Source: Salinivirgaceae bacterium
GTDB lineage: Bacteria; Bacteroidota; Bacteroidia; Bacteroidales; SZUA-534
DNA: 64,000 nucleotides
NCBI GenBank assembly: GCA_017557605.1
Contig: JAFYYJ010000049.1
Span: 4,664 to 68,663 of the forward strand
Direction of reading: 5' to 3'
Position numbers and translations under genes: made by a program
Shown here: positions 38,297 through 47,770 of the stretch, piece after piece
Numbering within the stretch: the stretch's first letter is position 1
How the letters are laid out: every line of letters starts with the position of its first letter
The notes under the pieces: generated by a model
What the model was told of the DNA's origin: nothing
What the model saw: the letters and a program-made list of their open reading frames with translations, nothing else
Database searches by the model: none

Positions 38297-40870
38297 ATGA
38301 GAAGAATAATATTGCTGACGATTTTTGTGGTGACCGCAATGGGGCTGAAAGCCAATGTGGTTATCAACAAAGCGAACCGCAACGGCAAGATTGACCTTGC
38401 CGAACATTTCTTCGTGTACGAAGACCCGACAAACACTCTCACCATTGATGATGCCATATCGGAGAGGTTCTTCCGCAATTTCTCGCAGTCGGCAAGCGAC
38501 CAGATAAACATCGGCGGCGGCCGTAACAACATGTGGGTGCTCATCGACATAAACAACACCACAAACGAAAATTTCACCGCCTTCCTGACCCTCGACAACC
38601 CTCTGATTACCGAAATAATCTTTTACAACGGCATTGACTCGACAACGTTCAACACAGGTCTGCTCTACCCTTACCAACGCTACGTCTACTCGCAATACTT
38701 CACCTTCAAGATAAACCTGGAGCCGAAACAAAAAGGCCGATACTGCATAAAACTGTCGAAACAGACATCGTTGTGCAGCGTCAAATTGGAAATGTGGAGC
38801 CGCGACAGCTTCATGAACGAAGGCAACACCCAGAAACGCACAAACGGTTTTGCGTATGGTCTGGTGATTGCAGTGCTGATTATCAGTCTGATGAGCTATC
38901 TGTCGGAACGCAACAAAATGTATATCAGCAATGCACTGCTGCTGCTAAGCACCATGCTGCTGGCTTTGTGGTACGACACTACACTGTTCAAATATCTGGC
39001 ACCCGACACGCCGGCGAACAACATTATGATGTTCCATTTCATAGTGCCGGCCGCATTTGCCGCATTTGCCTATTACACAAAGTGGAATTTCACACCTAAA
39101 AAATCGAATCACAGGTACACTTCACCCTCAATGATAATAACCTACGTATGCATCATTGCAACTATTGTCAATATGCTGTCAAGGTTAAGGATGCTGTTCA
39201 CAGAGCTAATCTGCACGCTGATTCTGGCGGTATTGGCATATTTCATCTACTGCGTTGTGACAACCGAGCGCCGCACAGATTTCTTCAAGCTGAGAGTCGG
39301 CGTATCGGCTTTGATTCTGGCGGAGATGTCGATAAAATACTTCTTCTACTCGTCGAGCATCGGTTATCTGCACTCCGACGAGGATTTCGCCTTTACAGCG
39401 ATGATGACAACCGCACTGCTGCTGCTGTACATCTTCGGGCGGAAATTTGTGAGGGCTCGCAGCGAGTATATCAAAGTGAGCCAGAACATGGAAGAAGGCA
39501 TAAAGAAGCGCACAGAACTGATTAACCTGCAAAAAGAGGAACTGAGCTCGCAACGCGAGGAACTGATTCAGCAACGTGACACTCTGCAGACGCAACGCGA
39601 GGAGCTGCGCGCGCAAAAGGAGCTGCTGCAGATGCGCAACGCCGACCTAAGCAAAATATCGACCGTGACCAACATGTCGAACAACATGATTGTAATCTAC
39701 AAGCCTAACGGCGACATCGACTGGTACAACGCCGCCTACGGCAAACGGCTCAACATCGACATTGAAGACTACAAATTCCTTGAAAAACCAATAAACGTGA
39801 CCACAGTGAGCTCGAACAAGAACCTGAAACACGTAATTGCATCGGTATTGAAAGAAAAAAACGTGGTTGCCTACGAGTCGGAGATGAAAAACGAGAACGA
39901 CCAACGCTGGCTGCAAACCACACTCACCCCTATCCTTGACGACAACGACGAGGTGAAACTGATTATATCGGTGGACACCGACATAACGCAGATTAAGCAG
40001 TACGAAAAAAAGATTGAACAACAGAAAAACGAAGCCGAGACGCAACGCAATCTGGCTCTTGTGCAGAAAAACGAGATAGAAAACCGACAGAACGAGATGT
40101 TCGGCAGCATACGCTATGCAAAACGCATTCAGACATCTATCCTACCCAAACCCAAGCAGATACACCGCGACTTCAATGATAGTTTTGTGCTGTTTATGCC
40201 GAAAGACATTGTGAGCGGCGACTTCTATTGGTATCATCGCATTGAGAACAAATATTTTATAGCAGCCGTCGATTGCACGGGGCACGGCGTTCCTGGTGCG
40301 TTTCTGTCGATTATCGGCAGCTACCTGCTCAATTCAATAGTGATTCACAACGGGATACACACGCCAGCCGACATATTGAAAAACCTGAACCGCAAAATCA
40401 AAATATCGCTCAAAAGCGACTCCCAAGAGCAGAACAACGATGGTATGGACATTGCTTTCGCTGTGATTGACAAAGAGTTGCATACGCTCGAATACAGCGG
40501 AGCGATGCGTCCACTCTATCTGTTCAACCACAACGGTTTTGAGGAAATTAAAGGTGACAAGATTCCTATAAGTAGCAATATTACAGGCACTTCAATCAAC
40601 ACCACATACTACAACAACGTGCGCACATTCAATCCCGGCGACCAGTTCTACATCTTCTCCGACGGCATCACCGACCAGTTTGGCGGCGACGACGGCAAGA
40701 AATACCTGACACGCCGGTTCAAAGACCTACTCGAGAGCATCAAAGACAAGCCGATGCGTGAACAGAAAGACCTGATACGAATAGCCAATGAAGAGTGGCG
40801 TGGCACAAAATATGACCAGGTTGACGATATTCTGGTGATAGGAATACGATATACTACAATGGATTTGTAG
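38297..40870 (+). CDS. 7TMR-DISM receptor fused to coiled coil, PAS and PP2C/SpoIIE serine phosphatase
   Basis: 857 aa with a 7TMR-DISMED2-like exodomain, 7 TM helices, a heptad region (QKEELSSQREELIQQRDTLQTQREELRAQKE) and a SpoIIE motif (GDFYWY...AAVDCTGHGVPGAFLS). Confidence 0.85.
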   Translation: MRRIILLTIFVVTAMGLKANVVINKANRNGKIDLAEHFFVYEDPTNTLTIDDAISERFFRNFSQSASDQINIGGGRNNMWVLIDINNTTNENFTAFLTLDNPLITEIIFYNGIDSTTFNTGLLYPYQRYVYSQYFTFKINLEPKQKGRYCIKLSKQTSLCSVKLEMWSRDSFMNEGNTQKRTNGFAYGLVIAVLIISLMSYLSERNKMYISNALLLLSTMLLALWYDTTLFKYLAPDTPANNIMMFHFIVPAAFAAFAYYTKWNFTPKKSNHRYTSPSMIITYVCIIATIVNMLSRLRMLFTELICTLILAVLAYFIYCVVTTERRTDFFKLRVGVSALILAEMSIKYFFYSSSIGYLHSDEDFAFTAMMTTALLLLYIFGRKFVRARSEYIKVSQNMEEGIKKRTELINLQKEELSSQREELIQQRDTLQTQREELRAQKELLQMRNADLSKISTVTNMSNNMIVIYKPNGDIDWYNAAYGKRLNIDIEDYKFLEKPINVTTVSSNKNLKHVIASVLKEKNVVAYESEMKNENDQRWLQTTLTPILDDNDEVKLIISVDTDITQIKQYEKKIEQQKNEAETQRNLALVQKNEIENRQNEMFGSIRYAKRIQTSILPKPKQIHRDFNDSFVLFMPKDIVSGDFYWYHRIENKYFIAAVDCTGHGVPGAFLSIIGSYLLNSIVIHNGIHTPADILKNLNRKIKISLKSDSQEQNNDGMDIAFAVIDKELHTLEYSGAMRPLYLFNHNGFEEIKGDKIPISSNITGTSINTTYYNNVRTFNPGDQFYIFSDGITDQFGGDDGKKYLTRRFKDLLESIKDKPMREQKDLIRIANEEWRGTKYDQVDDILVIGIRYTTMDL

Positions 40871-40888
40871 GATTGCATTTTTTACGCC

Positions 40889-41092
40889 TCACTCCTCGTC
40901 ATTCATCTTAGCTTCAAGCTCATCAACAACAGCACGGGCATCGGTGAGTTTCTTTTTGCATTTGGCAAGCAATTCGCCAACGCGGGCAACGGCATCGGTC
41001 AATTGGTCAACATCCAAACGGTTGTTTTCTATATCATCGATAATCGCCTCAATTTCAGCGACAGTCTTTTCGTATGAGAATTTTGCGGTCAT
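40889..41092 (-). CDS. xseB: exodeoxyribonuclease VII small subunit
   Basis: 67 aa with a typical XseB pattern (YEKTVAEIEAIIDDIENNRLDVDQL......GELLAKCKKKL). Confidence 0.8.
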   Translation of the reverse strand: MTAKFSYEKTVAEIEAIIDDIENNRLDVDQLTDAVARVGELLAKCKKKLTDARAVVDELEAKMNDEE

Positions 41093-41094
41093 GG

Positions 41095-42075
41095 CTATTG
41101 TTGTTTTTGTGAGTTTTCTTTTGCAATGCGCTTACGCTCAAGATGTTGACGAAGAATCTCAGGTGTGGTTTTCCAACGCTCATGCATCCACACCCACTGT
41201 TCGGGATGCTCACGGATTATCTGCTCAATGGCGTCGTTGTGTTTCTGCGTATTGTATCTGATTGTCTCCAAATCGGTTTCTTTGCGTTCAAAGGGAATCT
41301 CGGGCAACATCTTGAAAACGTATGTGTCATCATCGTTGCGATAAGTGTACATAGGCACAACCGCCGCACCTGTATCCATGGCCAAACGGGCGCATCCTAT
41401 CGGTGTATATGCCTCTTTTCCAAAGAATTTAAGAAACTCGCCTCGGATATTCTTGCTGTCTTGGTCAATCATTATTATCAAGCACTCGCCTTTCTTAAGC
41501 CGCTCCACAAGCGTATCATAGCAATGGTCACGAGTGATGTTGGCCATGCCGCGTGACTCACGCAGACCAATCATCAGCTTGTTGAGCGCCGGATTTTTAA
41601 TGCGGCTGCTCACTCCCATCGATTTATAACCCAGCACCGGCGGCATGAAAGCTGAAAACTCCCAACCCGACGTGTGCGTAACCAAACACAGCACGCCTTT
41701 GCCCTTCTCGTAGGCGGCTTTCAGGTTTTCTTCGCCCTCAAAACGGAAATAACGTGAGAACTGCTCGCGGGTTTTCATCTTCCAAAACAACGCATAGTCG
41801 GTAAAAGTCTTCCCGAGCGACACAAACATCTGTTGTCCAATACAATGATACTCGCCTTTCCGCTTTTCGGGACCAAAGGCAATGGCAAGGTTTTGCTCGA
41901 CAATCCGGCGAGTTTTTTTCAGCATCCGATAGACAATTTTGGCCAGCACGCCATGCCACCAAAGCAAGGGCCGGCGCGGCATGAACTGTCCTAAAACAAA
42001 AATCGAATGCAGCAAATGGTAGATTACGAAATTTCTGACAGGACGAATGATATAAACTTTAAACTTTGTTGCCAT
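41095..42075 (-). CDS. LpxL/HtrB-family lipid A (lysophospholipid) acyltransferase
   Basis: 326 aa with an N-terminal TM segment and the acyltransferase HX4D-type motif (LVTHTSGWEF). It lies 2 nt upstream of xseB. Confidence 0.8.
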   Translation of the reverse strand: MATKFKVYIIRPVRNFVIYHLLHSIFVLGQFMPRRPLLWWHGVLAKIVYRMLKKTRRIVEQNLAIAFGPEKRKGEYHCIGQQMFVSLGKTFTDYALFWKMKTREQFSRYFRFEGEENLKAAYEKGKGVLCLVTHTSGWEFSAFMPPVLGYKSMGVSSRIKNPALNKLMIGLRESRGMANITRDHCYDTLVERLKKGECLIIMIDQDSKNIRGEFLKFFGKEAYTPIGCARLAMDTGAAVVPMYTYRNDDDTYVFKMLPEIPFERKETDLETIRYNTQKHNDAIEQIIREHPEQWVWMHERWKTTPEILRQHLERKRIAKENSQKQQ

Positions 42076-42174
42076 TGTGTCTGTTTTGCGGCCGCAAATG
42101 TAATTTTATTTTAGAAGATGAGTAAAGTGTAAAGTATCGCTTTCGTAATTCGTTATTCTGAATTTCTATTTCCT

Positions 42175-44880
42175 TTAAATCAGCCTGTTGCTTTCCTCAA
42201 GCATTGCTCTGATGCGCGAATTGAACGCCTTCATTCCACACAACCGCTCAATACCGACATGCATGCGGTATTTCCAATAGTTACGCGGGTTGGCGGGGAT
42301 GTTAATCCTCTCCTGCTCCACATTTTTCACCCGCAATTCTGGCTCAAGCGCGAAGAAATCCTGAATAGGCATCATCACACACAAGGCCGGCGACTGCAAG
42401 TGCTGCTCAATTATCTGCTTGCAAATATTTTCGTTGGCATGTACTGGCGCTTTGCCTTTCTGGTTCAGCCAGTTGTTATAATAGCGTTGTGTCGATTCGT
42501 GGTTCTCCTCCCACCAACCGCGTATTGTTGATGTGTCGTGCGACGATGTGGCGCAAATAGAAGTGTACGGAATCGACTCTAAATGAGCGAATTCGGTGAA
42601 TGTCTTTGGCATCCGTTGAATCTCGAGACTCAAAATGCCGAGCTGCTCCATAACAGGTTTCACACAATCGGGAATCATGCCCAAATCCTCACCGCAAACA
42701 AGCATCTCTGATGACTGCAACAACGCCGTAAGTTTCTGTATTGCAAGATGTTCCCAAAATTGATTATGTCTATGGTAAAAGAAATCCTCATATAGTGCGT
42801 CGAGCACTTTCCTCTGGCATTCGGCAAGACGCTTGTAGGCTGTAGTCTTCTGCAAATCTATGCGCAGATGATAGCCACCTTGCTCTCGGTCTTTCAGCAA
42901 CAGCACATCCGAGGCTATTGTTGTTAGCCCGTCGAGCAGAGTTCGAGTGCGCTTTGTAAGCTTTTCGGGCGCACGATGTCCCACAACCTTCTCGTAAATC
43001 TGGCGCTGCGTTGCAAATTCGGGCTTCAACGAGAAAAGACCGTTTTTCTGCGGCTCAAGGTATGTCTGTTTAACTTTTTCAGCCTGAACACCAAATAGTT
43101 GGTCGATATATTCAGCAGAAACTTGAGGCTTGCAGGCCGCATCGAAGTCGAGCAACACTCCTGCCTTAAATAGCTCCGCCTCACTAAGCGGCAAAGCCGG
43201 GCGGAAATGCCCCAACATCCCGTAAATGGCCGATGTCGGTATCTCCCAAATGCGGAAGAAACCGAGTATATGGTCGATGCGATAGGCGTCGAAATAGTCG
43301 TTCATTTTTACCAACCGCTGACGCCACCAAGCATAGCCGTCTTTGGCCATTTCCTCCCAATTGTATGTGGGGAAGCCCCAATTCTGCCCGTTTTCAGAGA
43401 AGAAATCAGGCGGAGCTCCAGCCTGTCCGTCGAAATGGAAAAGGTGCGGATTGCTCCACGCATCAACGCTGCAACGGCTTATGCCAATCGGAATGTCGCC
43501 TTTTAGAATAACACCATGCTTGCGGGCGTAGGCTGTAGCCTCACGCAACTGCTTGTCGAGCGCAAATTGCATATAGCACCAGAACATTGCGTTGCGATAG
43601 TATAAATGGCTGGGCTGAAAGAACTTAGCAATGGCTTTTGCAGAATAAACCGAATATTTCTGCCACCTATGGAAATCGCCCGTATGGTTTATGTCGCGCA
43701 GAAGGCTGAACGCCGAGTATGGCATAAGCCAATCCGAATTTTCTTTTATAAACTTCCGAAAATCAACTGCATTTACATTCTCATCAAAGTTGCTTTCGAA
43801 AATTGCCCGGCAGTATGCCAATTTCTGGCTGATGACCTGATTGTAATCAACGTCAGGATTGCTGTTGAGCGAGCTCCGAGCAGCCTCATACTCGGCCATA
43901 AACTTTGCGCCGGGCTGTCGTCCGAATTTCAGCACATCGACAAAAAGCGGATTCAACGCAAAAACCGAAATAGCATTGTATGGATACGAATCAAGGAACG
44001 AATATGTTGATATTGTGTCGTTTATGGGCAGAATTTGAATCATCTTCAGCCCCACTTTCGACGCCCAATCGACAAGTTTTCGCAAATCGCTGAAATCGCC
44101 AACGCCGAAACTGTTTTCGGTGCGTAATGAGAAAACCGGCACATTGACGCCCGCAAAACGAGGCTTGTCATGGTTTACATCGATAATGCCGTCATCAATT
44201 TTTATGCTGATTGGCGAATCGCCGTAAATGTTGACAAAACGGTGGTTTGGACCGTCAGTCCACACTACTGACTCCGGATTGTCGGTATCTTTAATTATGA
44301 ATTTGTACTCGAACTCAGCCGGTAACACCTTCATATTGAAACGGATTGTCCATTTAGCCTGATTCTCGACAGACATTGGAATGTGGTTCCGCCAATCGCC
44401 AAGTTGTTCGCAATCACCTGACAAACAGACAAATTGCGAAGGCTTTAGTTTTGGAACGCAACAGCTAATCTCAATCTGCTGTACAGCGTTCAGACTCGTT
44501 TTTTTGGTAACAAACCGTTTCTCGGCTTTGAAAAGGACTTTTGTGAAAGCCGAGCTCAGAAAGGCCGCATATTCGGTTTCAAGATTCTGCCAAGTATCTA
44601 CACAACAACAAGTTCCGTTCTTTTTCAATATTGCCGCTGACTTGCGCGAAGGACGCACCTCAACAGACTGTGTGCCGTTTTTTGCATCAACAAGAATGTA
44701 TTTGTACTGTACCGGCTCCTCCACCGCACACTCAACGGTTGTGCGCCACCTATTCAGCTCGCAGCACTCAAGCGGCAAGGCTTTATCGACATCCCAGTTG
44801 CCAAGTTCAGGCGCCGAACCAACCACTTTCAGGCTTTGTCCCCACTCCGTCGGGCAGTAACAGTCAAATTTCAAAATCAT
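42175..44880 (-). CDS. malQ: 4-alpha-glucanotransferase (GH77 amylomaltase) with N-terminal CBM20 starch-binding modules
   Basis: GH77 motifs are present (GDIPIGISRCSVDAW, GAPPD.FS..GQNWGFP, YRIDHILGFFRIWEIP, CGEDLGMIP). ATG 44880 is preferred because the track start at 44919 overlaps trxB. Confidence 0.9.
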   Translation of the reverse strand: MILKFDCYCPTEWGQSLKVVGSAPELGNWDVDKALPLECCELNRWRTTVECAVEEPVQYKYILVDAKNGTQSVEVRPSRKSAAILKKNGTCCCVDTWQNLETEYAAFLSSAFTKVLFKAEKRFVTKKTSLNAVQQIEISCCVPKLKPSQFVCLSGDCEQLGDWRNHIPMSVENQAKWTIRFNMKVLPAEFEYKFIIKDTDNPESVVWTDGPNHRFVNIYGDSPISIKIDDGIIDVNHDKPRFAGVNVPVFSLRTENSFGVGDFSDLRKLVDWASKVGLKMIQILPINDTISTYSFLDSYPYNAISVFALNPLFVDVLKFGRQPGAKFMAEYEAARSSLNSNPDVDYNQVISQKLAYCRAIFESNFDENVNAVDFRKFIKENSDWLMPYSAFSLLRDINHTGDFHRWQKYSVYSAKAIAKFFQPSHLYYRNAMFWCYMQFALDKQLREATAYARKHGVILKGDIPIGISRCSVDAWSNPHLFHFDGQAGAPPDFFSENGQNWGFPTYNWEEMAKDGYAWWRQRLVKMNDYFDAYRIDHILGFFRIWEIPTSAIYGMLGHFRPALPLSEAELFKAGVLLDFDAACKPQVSAEYIDQLFGVQAEKVKQTYLEPQKNGLFSLKPEFATQRQIYEKVVGHRAPEKLTKRTRTLLDGLTTIASDVLLLKDREQGGYHLRIDLQKTTAYKRLAECQRKVLDALYEDFFYHRHNQFWEHLAIQKLTALLQSSEMLVCGEDLGMIPDCVKPVMEQLGILSLEIQRMPKTFTEFAHLESIPYTSICATSSHDTSTIRGWWEENHESTQRYYNNWLNQKGKAPVHANENICKQIIEQHLQSPALCVMMPIQDFFALEPELRVKNVEQERINIPANPRNYWKYRMHVGIERLCGMKAFNSRIRAMLEESNRLI

Positions 44881-44887
44881 AGTCTGT

Positions 44888-45826
44888 TTATTTCGAAAGC
44901 AGATAACGCTCGGCATCAAGCGCGGCCTTGCAGCCCGAACCCGCAGCTACAATAGCTTGACGGTAAGTACGGTCCATAACATCGCCACAGGCAAAAACGC
45001 CTGGCACATTGGTGCGACCTGAGTTTGGCTCGGTAAGAATATATCCGTCCTCGTCAGTCTTCACAAATGGCTGGAAAACAGTGCTATTAGGATGATGACC
45101 TATGGCAAGGAAGAAACCGTCAATCTTAATCTGGCGCTTCTGCTCATCGGACGTGCCCTGACGATAAACCAAGTTAGCGCCTTCGACAACACCGTCACCA
45201 AACAGGTCTAACGTGTTGTGTTCGAACAATATCTCGATGTTGGGTGTGTTCATCACACGGTTTTGCATTGCTTTTGAAGCACGCAGATAGTTTTTGCGGA
45301 CAATCATATAAACCTTGTTGCAAAGGTGCGCCAGATAGGTAGCCTCCTCGCAGGCTGTGTCACCGCCACCAACCACCGCCACATCCTTCTTTCGGTAGAA
45401 AAAGCCGTCGCAAGTGGCGCAGGCCGACACTCCACTGCCTTTGTATTTCTCCTCCGAGGGTAAACCGAGATATTTGGCTGTAGCACCGGTGGCAATAATA
45501 ACCGCCTCTGCGTCAATCACTTTATCGCCATCTACAGTTACAAGGTGCTTGCCGTCGGCAAAATCAACTTTTGTAACCACACCAAAACGGATATCGGTTC
45601 CCAAACGCTCAGCCTGCTGACGGAACTCTTCCATCATCTGATTACCGTCAACACCATTCGGATAACCCGGAAAGTTCTCAATCTCAGTTGTTTGCGTAAG
45701 TTGTCCACCGGCTTGCAAGCCTTGTATCAAAACCGGCTGCAAGTTGGCCCGCGAAGCATAGATAGCGGCAGTGTATCCTGCTGGTCCTGAACCAATTATC
45801 AGGACTTTCACTTTTTCTGTTTCCAT
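44888..45826 (-). CDS. trxB: thioredoxin-disulfide reductase
   Basis: 312 aa with IIGSGPAGYTAAIYA, the redox-active CATCDG and the NADPH motif VVGGGDTACEEA. Confidence 0.95.
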   Translation of the reverse strand: METEKVKVLIIGSGPAGYTAAIYASRANLQPVLIQGLQAGGQLTQTTEIENFPGYPNGVDGNQMMEEFRQQAERLGTDIRFGVVTKVDFADGKHLVTVDGDKVIDAEAVIIATGATAKYLGLPSEEKYKGSGVSACATCDGFFYRKKDVAVVGGGDTACEEATYLAHLCNKVYMIVRKNYLRASKAMQNRVMNTPNIEILFEHNTLDLFGDGVVEGANLVYRQGTSDEQKRQIKIDGFFLAIGHHPNSTVFQPFVKTDEDGYILTEPNSGRTNVPGVFACGDVMDRTYRQAIVAAGSGCKAALDAERYLLSK

Positions 45827-45855
45827 ATAATCAGTTTTTACAATTCAACCATGTT

Positions 45856-46029
45856 TCAGACGGAAGCTTTATCCGCCTTCAACTCGCTGATTTTCAATTT
45901 AAATTCATCTTCTGGCATAAAAACACCCAACTCAGCAAGAGTTTGTTTCCTGCTAGTCCGGTTTTCTGTGCCCGAGGTTTCAATTTTCGACTCTATCTTT
46001 CGAAATTTGAAGATTTTAGGTAGCATCAT
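45856..46029 (-). CDS. possible small protein (57 aa), below the ORF-track cutoff
   Basis: My own translation of the minus strand is MMLPKIFKFRKIESKIETSGTENRTSRKQTLAELGVFMPEDEFKLKISELKADKASV. It is on the same strand as its neighbours and looks more protein-like than the listed plus-strand ORF. Confidence 0.3.
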   Translation of the reverse strand: MMLPKIFKFRKIESKIETSGTENRTSRKQTLAELGVFMPEDEFKLKISELKADKASV

Positions 46030-46062
46030 AAAGTTTATGTTTAAAGTAGTCTTTTTCTAAAT

Positions 46063-47757
46063 TCAAAAGGCGTATGTCAACCCCAGCATGAAATTGAAGC
46101 GCTGATTGGCATACTGGTTCCACTGGTAGTAACGGCTGCCCGTTATGTTGTTCAAATCGAGGAAACCCGAGAACCGTTTGGTGATGCGGTACTCCACTCC
46201 CAGATTGATGTCAACGACACCGTCGAGCTCTTTAGCAACAGGCAAAACTTTGCCCGGCCCGTCAACCTGATAGAGACAGGCCTGGCGGCGGCTTACGGCA
46301 TAAACATTAGCCGTGGCTATTATCTTGTTCGACAGGTTGTAGCTCGCATCGAGGCTGATGTTATAGGTTGGCAAGTGCCATGCCTCCAGCTCCGTCGACA
46401 TGTCATAGATATAATAGTGTCCCTTCAAACCAATCTTGAATTTCTCGCTCGTCTTGTACGATATTTCGCCCAAGATGTGAGTACGCATAATGTCGTCGTA
46501 CACAACAAAGAATTTCTCATGCAACATAGTAGATGTGTCGTTCACGAAGAAATACTGATTGTCGATTTTAGCATATTCGGCTTTGACGTTGAATGCGATA
46601 CGCGAGCTGATGTTGCCTCGGAAACCCACCGCAAGATTGATTCGTGTCTTGGTCGGGTTTATCCGCAAATCAGATTTCACAAACTGATTCTCGAAGTACA
46701 TATCTTTGTAATCGTGCACTTTATAGTTGCCGTTCAGTTCAAGATACGGCAGCAGGAAATAGTCGATTATGTTATACTGCATGCTGATGTCGGGGAAGAA
46801 CATATACTTTTGATTGCGCTGGTCGTAGAAGGTGTTGACACCCGCCTTGACGCGCCATTTGCGACCGTAAGCGCCCACCCACGGATTGAAATTAACAACC
46901 GCCGAGTTGACATCATTCGCAAGCCCCTGTGTTTTGTAATTGTCAATCACACATTTAACGCCCAAGAACTCTTTATCAAGCAGATAGCTTATATATCCGT
47001 CGAAGTGGATATTATTCTCGCTCTTGCTGTCCTTGGTTTTCAATCCATTGTAGCCAAGCGACACCTTATAGTCGATTTCAGCCGAATCGAGATTTGTCGA
47101 ATAGACCGTTGCCCCTATGTTGTAGTAATTAACACTTTGTTTCTCAATATCTTTCCGTTTCAGGGGAATAATTGAATCGGGCAGATTGAGCTCTGTGGCA
47201 TAACCATAATAATAATTGCCACGATTGCCATAACCTGCTGATATTGAAGCCGCCATATCGTTTTTGAAAAAGCGGTGCACACTGCCGTTGATGTCGAACT
47301 TCGACAATCCGGCATAAACCCGCTTGTCGTCTTCGTTCTTAACCTTGGCACTGCTCGAAGTGTAGTTCATATTGGCGTTCCACAACCACTTCTCCGACCT
47401 CTGGCTGCCTGTGTAGATGTTGAGCAACGGCGTAGTATACATTCCGAAACCGCCTTTCACATACACGTTGTATAGCTTCGGAAGCGGCTCAGCAACAAGC
47501 TTTGCTGGCTTCATCTGCTTTGGTTTGTATTTGGTTTTGTACATCTCAGGAGTAACGCCGTCGTCGTAGTCAAAAGTTGGCGTGACGTTGAGTGTGTCAA
47601 CAATCTTTGGCAGCGAGCTGATTTTATACGCATCGTTGATTACCGGCTCGTATGCCTTTATCACTTTCACCTCTTGGTTCAAGTTGTTGTTCTGCGCGAA
47701 TGCTGTTGTTGCGCCTAACAATATGATAGTCAATATACTTATTCTATTACTTTTCAT
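46063..47757 (-). CDS. outer-membrane beta-barrel protein ('putative porin'-like)
   Basis: 564 aa with a signal peptide (ILLGATTAFAQ), pervasive alternating beta-strand patterns and the C-terminal segment FNFMLGLTYAF. It lies 13 nt after the TPR gene. Confidence 0.6.
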   Translation of the reverse strand: MKSNRISILTIILLGATTAFAQNNNLNQEVKVIKAYEPVINDAYKISSLPKIVDTLNVTPTFDYDDGVTPEMYKTKYKPKQMKPAKLVAEPLPKLYNVYVKGGFGMYTTPLLNIYTGSQRSEKWLWNANMNYTSSSAKVKNEDDKRVYAGLSKFDINGSVHRFFKNDMAASISAGYGNRGNYYYGYATELNLPDSIIPLKRKDIEKQSVNYYNIGATVYSTNLDSAEIDYKVSLGYNGLKTKDSKSENNIHFDGYISYLLDKEFLGVKCVIDNYKTQGLANDVNSAVVNFNPWVGAYGRKWRVKAGVNTFYDQRNQKYMFFPDISMQYNIIDYFLLPYLELNGNYKVHDYKDMYFENQFVKSDLRINPTKTRINLAVGFRGNISSRIAFNVKAEYAKIDNQYFFVNDTSTMLHEKFFVVYDDIMRTHILGEISYKTSEKFKIGLKGHYYIYDMSTELEAWHLPTYNISLDASYNLSNKIIATANVYAVSRRQACLYQVDGPGKVLPVAKELDGVVDINLGVEYRITKRFSGFLDLNNITGSRYYQWNQYANQRFNFMLGLTYAF

Positions 47758-47770
47758 CGGTATATCTCCT

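Noticed and set aside
42085-42098. Perfect 14-nt palindrome tttgcggccgcaaa (contains a NotI site) 10 nt upstream of the acyltransferase start.
   Set aside because: It is a single short palindrome with no loop or T-run and no second copy. It could be an operator or a weak malQ terminator, but there is no further support.
45851-46060. Plus-strand 69-aa ORF in the porin-trxB gap.
   Set aside because: It is on the opposite strand to all neighbours and has a hydrophobic, low-complexity junk-like sequence. The minus-strand 57-aa ORF is the more plausible reading, though still low confidence.
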